From positions 1 through 64,000 of IMG/VR virus record IMGVR_UViG_3300020471_000006: a stretch of 64,000 nt of DNA; one strand, written 5' to 3'. Positions 46,782-54,070 of this stretch are shown here, in pieces. The stretch comes from a virus (lineage: Duplodnaviria > Caudoviricetes). Position 1 is the stretch's first letter; each line of letters starts with the position of its first letter. The position numbers and the translations under genes are program-made. A model generated the notes under the pieces. That model searched no databases, had not been told where the DNA came from, and worked only from the letters and a program-made list of their open reading frames with translations.

Positions 46782-49622
46782 ATGGAAGGACTTAATCAAT
46801 TATATCCAATTCACCAAATTGGATCCGACGGGTTCGCCTGGTGGATCGGACAGGTTGAGTCGCCTATGCATTCTCAGGACGGCGAAGAGAATAAAGATCA
46901 GAAACGTTCTGGAAGATATAAAGTCAGGATTATAGGACATCATCCTAGATCATGTAATGCAGTAAAGAGTTCGGATTTACCATGGGCAATCACTATGATG
47001 CCTGTGACTACTCCGTATTCATCTGGTGCTGTGCGTTCAGCAACGCCACAGTTGGAGCCAGGTGATTGGGTTATAGGGTTCTTTTTAGACAAAGAACAGC
47101 AGCAACCTGTTATCATGGGATCTATTGGACAGGTCGCTAATTCTGGAACACCACCAGGAGAAGATCCTAATCCTGGAGAAGGTTGTAAGAGTCTTACAAC
47201 ATTTGTTGATGAAAATAAGAGACAACTAGATCAAGAAGTAAATGAAGTTGTTGAGTTTAGTGTTACTGATGCAGGTGTACCTTTAGATGGTACTAAATCT
47301 GAGGGAATTACTGATGGTGTTAATAATCTAACCATAGCAAAGTTTGCTGATGCATCGGAATCTAATAGAGCAGGTATCAACTTTACAGTTGAAGTTGCTG
47401 ATAAGTGTCCTGAGTTGCAGGGAAAGTTTAAACGTCTCTTAAGTGAGATGCTTCGTGATACTCAACAGAGTAATGGTCAGTTAGGAACATATGTTGTTAA
47501 CCAGTGGACTGGTCAGATTACTGACTATGTTGATATTGGTAGAAAATATGTAAATAAAGCTGTACTTATTATCAAGAAATTCATTGCTAAAGTTAAGGGA
47601 TTTGTATTAGAGAAGATTAAGAGAGTAGTTGATGATATTGTTAAAGCAATTCTATCACCAAGTGAAACTGGTAATAGATTGACTCCAGTGACAAAGTGGT
47701 TCAATAATATGTTATCAGATCTTGGATGTTCTATGGCAGATCTGGGATTGCGTTTAGAGAAGTTCTTAGAGGATCTTATCTTTGGTTATTTGTTTGATAT
47801 CTACAAAGCTGCTGCATGTCAAGTAGACAAGATGGTTAGTGGTATCCTTAATAAGATTCAGTCTTTGATGGAAGATTTACTATCCAGTATTCTTGGTCCT
47901 CTACAAGCTTTACTTGGTGCTATAGCATCACCACTCAATATGATTGGTGAAGCAATCAATTATGTATTGAATCTACTTGGTATCAAGTGTACTGGACCTG
48001 ACAGCAGATGTAATAAGGTCACTTCTGTAACTACTAAGTGTGAAACAGATAAGCGAGAGAATTTCTTAGACAGATTACTAGAAAGTCTACAAGATCCGTG
48101 GGACGGTGCTGGTGAGGATTGGGCTACCTATACATGTGAAGAAGCATATGAAGGTGTTAAGTTAAAGAACACTGAGGTTACATTTGTTGGTGGTAGACAA
48201 AAGACAGATGGATTGGAAGATAGGATAACATATAATATTAGTGACATACGTGTTAAGGAAGGTGATATAGCAAAGTTTGAAGTTATTAGAACTGGCAAGA
48301 CTGATATTGCTTCTAGTGTTTTCTGGAGAACTATAGAAGGTACGGCAGAGTATGTGACTGATTTTGAAGAAGGAAGTGGGACAGTAGGATTCTCTATAGG
48401 AGAAACGAAAAAGTTTATTGAAGTGAGAACACTTTATTCTGATGAGATAGAAGGTTCGGAAGATTTCTTTGTGTCATTGAGACCAGGAACTCCTGGTGTA
48501 GTCACTAGGTCATTTATCAGTAGTCTTGCTAGATGTGTTATTAACAAATCTAATATAGGATCTAGTTCAGATCCAAATGTAGATCTAGATGACACACCAC
48601 CTACTCCATCAAGGAATGCAAATGATCCTAATAATTTTGAATTTGGAGAAGTATTTGAATCACTAGCGAATGATAATGATAGTGATACTGTAGAGTCAAC
48701 ACCAGATGGACCAACTTATGCAGTGGAACCTAATAAGAGTTCTGTTGAAGAAGGTGAGTTTGTAACATATACTATAAAAACTACCAATGTTGATAGTGGT
48801 ACTGTATTGCAGTATCAATTATTTGGAGAGGGCATCACTAATTCTGATATTGTTGGTGGTCAGTTGAAAGGTCAGTGTGTTATTGAAGATAATAAATCCT
48901 TAGTTGTGGTTGGTATTGAAGATGATGCTACTATAGAAGGTGATGAGAGACTTATATTTGCTATAAATGGTACAGATGCTAGTGCTACTGTTCTTATTCA
49001 ATCTCAGTTAACAGATTTTGGTAGAGAAGATTTATTGAAAGAGTTAGATCAGTCTGAAGATATTGATAAGACCAATGTTTATACAAAAGCTACTAAACCA
49101 ACAGCAGGAGCACCTATAACAGATCCAAGTGGAGGTATCATACAAGTTCCTATAGAGAATCCTGGTACTGCATACACAGAACCACCTGCTGTCCTTATAA
49201 CAGGTCAAGGGTATGGTGCTGTTGGAATTGCTTTACTTGATAAAAATAGTCAGGTTTCAGAGATTAGGGTGACAAATCCTGGATTTGGGTATAAACTTAA
49301 TGCACCACAGACAGAGCAGAAACGTTGTATTATTGATAGTTTTACAATGTTAACACCTGGCACAGGATATACCAGTGCTCCTAGAGTCTATATTGATGGA
49401 GACTCAGATGTAGCAGAAGCTGTAGTTGAGAGGGGTATGGTTGTTAGTGTCAGAATTAAAAATAGAGAGAAGACATTCACTGAATATCCACGAGTCCAGA
49501 TCATTGGTGGTGGTGGGTATGGTGCAAGGTGGTTACCATCATTCAATTGCTTAAGTACCGAAGCACTTGTTAAAGTTGGATCTGCTAAGATTGGTACTGG
49601 TTCCTATATTGATTGTCCGTAA
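46782..49622 (+). CDS. gp5: gp5-like baseplate hub protein (OB fold, helical region, Calx-beta-like domains)
   Basis: WWIGQVE, GRYKVRI.G.H, DLPWA, V.GFFLD...QQPVIMGS. Confidence 0.85.
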   Translation: MEGLNQLYPIHQIGSDGFAWWIGQVESPMHSQDGEENKDQKRSGRYKVRIIGHHPRSCNAVKSSDLPWAITMMPVTTPYSSGAVRSATPQLEPGDWVIGFFLDKEQQQPVIMGSIGQVANSGTPPGEDPNPGEGCKSLTTFVDENKRQLDQEVNEVVEFSVTDAGVPLDGTKSEGITDGVNNLTIAKFADASESNRAGINFTVEVADKCPELQGKFKRLLSEMLRDTQQSNGQLGTYVVNQWTGQITDYVDIGRKYVNKAVLIIKKFIAKVKGFVLEKIKRVVDDIVKAILSPSETGNRLTPVTKWFNNMLSDLGCSMADLGLRLEKFLEDLIFGYLFDIYKAAACQVDKMVSGILNKIQSLMEDLLSSILGPLQALLGAIASPLNMIGEAINYVLNLLGIKCTGPDSRCNKVTSVTTKCETDKRENFLDRLLESLQDPWDGAGEDWATYTCEEAYEGVKLKNTEVTFVGGRQKTDGLEDRITYNISDIRVKEGDIAKFEVIRTGKTDIASSVFWRTIEGTAEYVTDFEEGSGTVGFSIGETKKFIEVRTLYSDEIEGSEDFFVSLRPGTPGVVTRSFISSLARCVINKSNIGSSSDPNVDLDDTPPTPSRNANDPNNFEFGEVFESLANDNDSDTVESTPDGPTYAVEPNKSSVEEGEFVTYTIKTTNVDSGTVLQYQLFGEGITNSDIVGGQLKGQCVIEDNKSLVVVGIEDDATIEGDERLIFAINGTDASATVLIQSQLTDFGREDLLKELDQSEDIDKTNVYTKATKPTAGAPITDPSGGIIQVPIENPGTAYTEPPAVLITGQGYGAVGIALLDKNSQVSEIRVTNPGFGYKLNAPQTEQKRCIIDSFTMLTPGTGYTSAPRVYIDGDSDVAEAVVERGMVVSVRIKNREKTFTEYPRVQIIGGGGYGARWLPSFNCLSTEALVKVGSAKIGTGSYIDCP

Positions 49623-50773
49623 TGCCTTTATCAGAAGTAAACAATAGAAGCGAAGAACTTCAGCAGAAGATGATCAAGGCTGGTCAGGCTGAAGAACAAG
49701 ATGTTACTATTGCTAGAGAGGTCACTGTTATATTTCAGAACAAACATTATGTTCTGAGAACTGATGGTGGTGACTTAGATGCTAGGAATAAACTAACAGG
49801 TCACGGATTTACTATCACACAGTCTGGTGATTTTGTCTATGTCTCTGGTCCTGGAGGCAAGGATAATCCTTGTGGTGGTAGGTTTATGGTAAACACCACT
49901 GGTGGTAAGTTAGAGAAGCATGGTGGACCTATTATTGTTGAAGCGAATGCAAATAAATCTAATGCTGTTGAGACAGATAATGAAGGTAGCACTGATGGGG
50001 TAGGAAGGTCAACAGTAATAAATGGTGATGACAATGAAGACATCACAGCTAATAAGAGAATTGATGCTCTTAATGTCACTATTGAAGCATCAGATCTATT
50101 AACTCTTATTGGTCACAATGGTATCAAATTACAAGCAGGACCAGAAGGTGGTGGTCCTATTACAATGCAAGCAGGTACAATAACACAGGTTGCTTCTAAT
50201 AAAGAAGAGTATGTTATAGGTCAGAAGATGGTTGTAGCATCTGAAAATACAGAACTCAACTACGATCCTAGAGGAACTAAAGCATTAATATCACCAGGTC
50301 ATCAGAGTATTAAGTATATGGGTGATGTCAAGCATCAGATTATGGGTGCTTATAGATTAGATGTTGCTGGTATTTCAACAGGTCCATTTGTTGTTGACAA
50401 GAAGACTGGTATTGCTATCAACACTAAGGCAGGAGATTTTAAACTTGGAACTGCTGCTGGTAGTATGCATATAAGTGCTACTGCTGGTGGTAAGATGCCT
50501 AGTTTAGATGGTGTTAAACCAGGAATGCTAACAATTAATTCAGCATTGGGTACTACTATCAAGTCTAGTACACCTCTTACATCTAAAGTAGTGATAGACA
50601 CTGGTTTTGTTGATATTAAAGCTGGTGCTAACGTTGATATAGATGCAGGTGCGAAGGGTACATACACTACTAAGACAGGTTTGGATCTCAAATCAAGTGC
50701 TGGACCAGTTAATATTGAGTCAGGTCCAGCAGCAAACGTAGTAATTAAGGGTAAAGTCATCAAACTCAATTAA
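49622..50773 (+). CDS. gp5 C-terminal-like beta-helix spike protein
   Basis: Short beta-strand repeats, ends IKGKVIKLN. Confidence 0.65.
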   Translation: MPLSEVNNRSEELQQKMIKAGQAEEQDVTIAREVTVIFQNKHYVLRTDGGDLDARNKLTGHGFTITQSGDFVYVSGPGGKDNPCGGRFMVNTTGGKLEKHGGPIIVEANANKSNAVETDNEGSTDGVGRSTVINGDDNEDITANKRIDALNVTIEASDLLTLIGHNGIKLQAGPEGGGPITMQAGTITQVASNKEEYVIGQKMVVASENTELNYDPRGTKALISPGHQSIKYMGDVKHQIMGAYRLDVAGISTGPFVVDKKTGIAINTKAGDFKLGTAAGSMHISATAGGKMPSLDGVKPGMLTINSALGTTIKSSTPLTSKVVIDTGFVDIKAGANVDIDAGAKGTYTTKTGLDLKSSAGPVNIESGPAANVVIKGKVIKLN

Positions 50774-50788
50774 AACTGTCACAAGGGG

Positions 50789-50819
50789 TTGACATTTATA
50801 TAAGTTCATGTTATAAATA
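50789..50819 (+). promoter_or_regulatory. overlapping sigma70 and late promoter
   Basis: TTGACA-17 nt-TATAAA, with TATAAATA at 50812-50819. Confidence 0.75.
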
Positions 50820-50834
50820 ACTATACAACAAAAT

Positions 50835-50932
50835 CAGGCCCGAAACTATCGTACCCTGTGCTGATGTACTAACGTTCCCCATGTCGGGGGAATTATCATC
50901 CGCAGGGTCTTTTAGTATCCTTGCGAGACACT
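50835..50932 (+). ncRNA. structured 5' leader of unassigned family
   Basis: CCCTGTG/CGCAGGG enclosing TGAT/ATCA and TTCCCC/GGGGAA. Confidence 0.55.
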
Positions 50933-50943
50933 ACAATACAAAC

Positions 50944-51339
50944 ATGTCTATTAAATCAACAATCGCTGCCGTTGCAGCATCTCCATTCCTTCTCGCTGGT
51001 GCAGCTTTTGCTGGTCCATACGTGAATGTCGAATCAAATCTTTCATATCCTGATGGAGACTACTCTTCTGCTGCTACCGATATCCATATTGGATATGAGG
51101 GAGTAACAGGTGCTACTGGTAACATTGCTTACTATGTACAAGGTGGTCCTTCACTTAACCATTCTGAAACTACTGACGATACAGAAACAGAACTTTCTGG
51201 TAAAGTTGGTGCTTCTGTTCCTGTTAGCGAAGATCTTGCTCTTTACGGAGAAGTTTCTGGTGCTTCTAATGGTGAAGATACAGATGGCGACACAATCATT
51301 GATTGGGGTGCTAAGCTTGGTGCTAAGTTCACATTCTAA
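50944..51339 (+). CDS. small outer-membrane beta-barrel protein
   Basis: Signal peptide, alternating beta pattern, C-terminal GAKFTF. Confidence 0.75.
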   Translation: MSIKSTIAAVAASPFLLAGAAFAGPYVNVESNLSYPDGDYSSAATDIHIGYEGVTGATGNIAYYVQGGPSLNHSETTDDTETELSGKVGASVPVSEDLALYGEVSGASNGEDTDGDTIIDWGAKLGAKFTF

Positions 51340-51367
51340 TTGACTAATCAATTAAATGTGGTATAAT

Positions 51368-51392
51368 GGAGGGGGAAACCCCTCCTTTTTTT
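51368..51392 (+). terminator. intrinsic terminator
   Basis: GGAGGGG-GAAA-CCCCTCC plus T7. Confidence 0.9.
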
Positions 51393-51845
51393 ATGTTAGA
51401 AGATTTTTGCGATAAACTAGAAGGATTCTATGATAATTGGAATCAAGCATGTAGAAACCCTGCTGTGTGGTCTCATGTTAAATTGCGGTGGAAACGTATA
51501 GGTGATCATGAGTTTGAATCAAAACAATGGTATGAATATCTTGGTGAGGAGAAAGCATACAGACATAAGTGGCATAAGGTATCTGAACAACAAGGTACGA
51601 TCATAGTACAGAATTGGACAGTTGATTGGAAAGATCATAATCATTGTTGTGATATGTTATTCTTTGAAGTTGGTGACTACTATGCTGGCAAGGTTAAGAC
51701 AGATGCTTGTATTGTTAATGGTGGTAGAGTAGTATCATTAGTTAAATTTGATGGTTCATACTATAAGAGTAGAGATCAAGGATGGAAAGATGATAAAGTA
51801 GTTTGGGGTAGTGACGTGATCTATAGATTTGATAAAATCGAATAA
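51393..51845 (+). CDS. cpeT: CpeT/CpcT-like bilin lyase
   Basis: FC..LEG.YDNW.QA..NP..WSH...YR...CDMLF...SRD.G. Confidence 0.75.
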   Translation: MLEDFCDKLEGFYDNWNQACRNPAVWSHVKLRWKRIGDHEFESKQWYEYLGEEKAYRHKWHKVSEQQGTIIVQNWTVDWKDHNHCCDMLFFEVGDYYAGKVKTDACIVNGGRVVSLVKFDGSYYKSRDQGWKDDKVVWGSDVIYRFDKIE

Positions 51846-51869
51846 ATAGTGACGTGACGCTATTATGTA

Positions 51870-52160
51870 ATGGCATTTAAGGGATATGATTTAGCATCAA
51901 AATATGTTTATTTGTATTTTGATGAGGCTAGATCTTCGGTTGTTAGAATGTGGTTTATAAATGGAATGCCATTTACATTCGATTCTTTGGAGAAAGAAGA
52001 CTTAGAGAATCCATGGAATCAGGGTGAAGCAGCACTTAACCCAGAATTTACACTAGAACAAGTTGAAAAGGTCTCTAGTTATTTGATGGAAGAGGAACTA
52101 CATCCTCTTTTGTTTGAAGTACCTTTAGTTGGAAAATTACCAGATGATACCCTTTCGTGA
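51870..52160 (+). CDS. conserved cyanophage hypothetical protein
   Basis: V.MWFINGMPFTFD...HPLLFE. Confidence 0.75.
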   Translation: MAFKGYDLASKYVYLYFDEARSSVVRMWFINGMPFTFDSLEKEDLENPWNQGEAALNPEFTLEQVEKVSSYLMEEELHPLLFEVPLVGKLPDDTLS

Positions 52161-52560
52161 ATGCCTTATAGGTAAATTTGATAATCATAAACAAGCATTA
52201 CAATACCCTAGTAGATTTGCTAGAATACTAATTCATCACGAGGATATGGGTGATGGATGGATCTCTGGGTTCCAAGCATATTTCCATAACCCTAAACCCT
52301 ACAGGAAATATCGAATGTGGGTTACACCAATTGGGGAAAAATTTCTCGTACAAAATTTTGACTCAGAAGGTTTGACATACAAGGAAGGGTATGATACAAT
52401 ATTTGAGTGGAAGAATGACCATTGGCATGGTAAATCCCACGATAATGCACAATATACAGTTGATGCTATACTTGACAAAGACAGGTATTATGTGCTAGAT
52501 AAAGGTGACACTTGGGGTTCTCAATGGGGTCACTTTAAATTTGATAGATCGCCATCATAG
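52144..52560 (+). CDS. second CpeT-like protein
   Basis: LIGKFDN..QA..YP..FA.I...H...PYR. Confidence 0.65.
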   Translation: MIPFRECLIGKFDNHKQALQYPSRFARILIHHEDMGDGWISGFQAYFHNPKPYRKYRMWVTPIGEKFLVQNFDSEGLTYKEGYDTIFEWKNDHWHGKSHDNAQYTVDAILDKDRYYVLDKGDTWGSQWGHFKFDRSPS

Positions 52561-52622
52561 CACAGTGGTAGTGCAGGGCTTTTGTAAAGCCAAGGTCGGG
52601 GGTTCAAATCCCTCTGATGGCA
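52551..52622 (+). tRNA. tRNA-Thr(TGT)
   Basis: Acceptor GCCATCA/TGATGGC, D arm GCAC/GTGC, loop TTTGTAA, T arm GGGGG-TTCAAAT-CCCTC; no encoded CCA. Confidence 0.92.
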
Positions 52623-52624
52623 TC

Positions 52625-52900
52625 CTCTTCTGAGGATAGGTGACGACACCTACATTCTGGACAGGGGTTCGATTCCCCTCATCTCCATTCAGGGGGATGC
52701 CACGGCTTCGACAGGGTATAAGGATCGGGACTGAAACCTGCTTGGATAAGCAAACCATATCTGCAAAAACAGATACACCTGCTGCGAATAACATCGTAGC
52801 ATTCTCACGTCCATTCAGCAAGGTTGCCAAGCGTGACCTCGTGGCTGTTTAGACCATAAGGTGAGATGGGGGTGAGGTTAGCCTTCTAACCCAAATAACC
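52625..52900 (+). ncRNA. ssrA: permuted two-piece tmRNA
   Basis: T arm plus CATCTCC-A precedes GGGGATG (G3:U70 pair); tag frame ANNIVAFSR...; outer ends approximate. Confidence 0.85.
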
Positions 52901-52904
52901 TACT

Positions 52905-52924
52905 GGGGGTGAGATACCCCCTTT
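52905..52924 (+). terminator. hairpin after tmRNA
   Basis: GGGGGT-GAGAT-ACCCCC-TTT. Confidence 0.6.
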
Positions 52925-52929
52925 ATATT

Positions 52930-53475
52930 ATGCAAATATTAGATAATCTATTACCTAAAGAAGAATTTAAGAAAATTGAACATTTTCTAGTAGGTGGAGG
53001 TGGTCTTCCTTGGACTTACTTAAACTATAAAGTTTATGGACCAAATGAAGAGGATCTCGACAACTATCAGTTTGTTCATCCATTTTATTTTCAAGAATCT
53101 TGTAATGGACAATTTCAAACTGAAATATCTCCATATTTTGATTATGTCATACCTATTTTGAATAAACTTGAGTTTATTGCATTACATAGGGTGAAAGGAA
53201 ATCTAGAACCTTTAAAATCTAAAAGGTTTTATAGTGATTTTCATACTGATTGGGGTTATATGGAAGATGGCAAAAAACATGTATCTAATAATATGACAAC
53301 TGCTATCTACTATGTTAACACATGTGATGGTTATACTGAATTTGAAGACGGCACAAAAGTAAAGTGTAAGGCTAATAGGTTAGTAAAATTTCCATCTTCT
53401 ACTGAACATAGAGGTGTTAGTCAAACTAATAAACGTGTTAAATCTGTTATAAATTTAAACTTTTTTGAATTATGA
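52930..53475 (+). CDS. 2OG-Fe(II) oxygenase (prolyl hydroxylase-like)
   Basis: FHTD, TAIYYVNTCDGYT, NRLV.F...HRG, VINLNF. Confidence 0.85.
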   Translation: MQILDNLLPKEEFKKIEHFLVGGGGLPWTYLNYKVYGPNEEDLDNYQFVHPFYFQESCNGQFQTEISPYFDYVIPILNKLEFIALHRVKGNLEPLKSKRFYSDFHTDWGYMEDGKKHVSNNMTTAIYYVNTCDGYTEFEDGTKVKCKANRLVKFPSSTEHRGVSQTNKRVKSVINLNFFEL

Positions 53476-53621
53476 AACTTAAAAAGAGCGAAACCGTAAA
53501 AAAATCTTTCACAAAAAAAGACTCAAAAGGTCGTGAGGAAACATGGGAGTGGGAAGAAACTCCTGAAGTACGTAAAGCATTGGAGGTTTTACATGCCCAT
53601 AAAGGACAAACAGAAAAATAG
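53472..53621 (+). CDS. 49 aa hypothetical protein
   Basis: ATGA coupling; KKDSKGREETWEWEET. Confidence 0.6.
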   Translation: MKLKKSETVKKSFTKKDSKGREETWEWEETPEVRKALEVLHAHKGQTEK

Positions 53622-53946
53622 AGAATATCAACGTGAGTGGGCTAGAAAAAATGGTAAGACTAAAAGAGTGAACCAAAGAGGTCCAAAGAATAGGCAAAAG
53701 TTAGTTGATGATGCTAAGTCGAACCCTTGTGTCATTTGCAACATTCAGTATCCTATTCCAGTTATGGATCTGCATCATGCAGATAATAGCGAAAAGACAG
53801 TAAGTATAACTGGTCTTATTAGGACAGGTCCATATACAGATTTACAAAAAGAAGTTGATAAGTGTGTACCACTCTGTGCTAATTGTCACAGAATGGTTCA
53901 TGCTGGTCTTAGAGAGTTACCTGATTTGGTACTACTACCTTCATAG
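53593..53946 (+). CDS. HNH endonuclease
   Basis: CVIC...DLHH...KC..LCANCHRMVH. Confidence 0.85.
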   Translation: MPIKDKQKNREYQREWARKNGKTKRVNQRGPKNRQKLVDDAKSNPCVICNIQYPIPVMDLHHADNSEKTVSITGLIRTGPYTDLQKEVDKCVPLCANCHRMVHAGLRELPDLVLLPS

Positions 53947-54028
53947 GGTTCAAATCTCATAATATAGTGGGTTAAAATCACATAAATGTGAATTCCTTAG
54001 AACCTAAGCGTAATCAAGGTTTTGCTTG

Positions 54029-54036
54029 TATAAATA
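54029..54036 (+). promoter_or_regulatory. T4-type late promoter
   Basis: Exact TATAAATA 34 nt before ATG 54071. Confidence 0.75.
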
Positions 54037-54070
54037 AAACGAGCACAGACTAGATTCAGCTTGAGCAATT

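Noticed and set aside
51366-51392. cpeT start at 51366
   Set aside because: It lies in the -10 box and terminator hairpin; ATG 51393 is preferred.
52660-52690. Truncated tRNA-Ala pseudogene
   Set aside because: Its missing 5' acceptor strand follows immediately downstream with a tag frame, which fits a permuted tmRNA.
52640-52852. 70 aa ORF from the track
   Set aside because: It runs through the tmRNA structure; only the last 22 codons are meaningful, as the tag.
53940-53965. GGTTCAAATC T-loop-like word
   Set aside because: Weak stem and no D arm, anticodon arm or acceptor stem.
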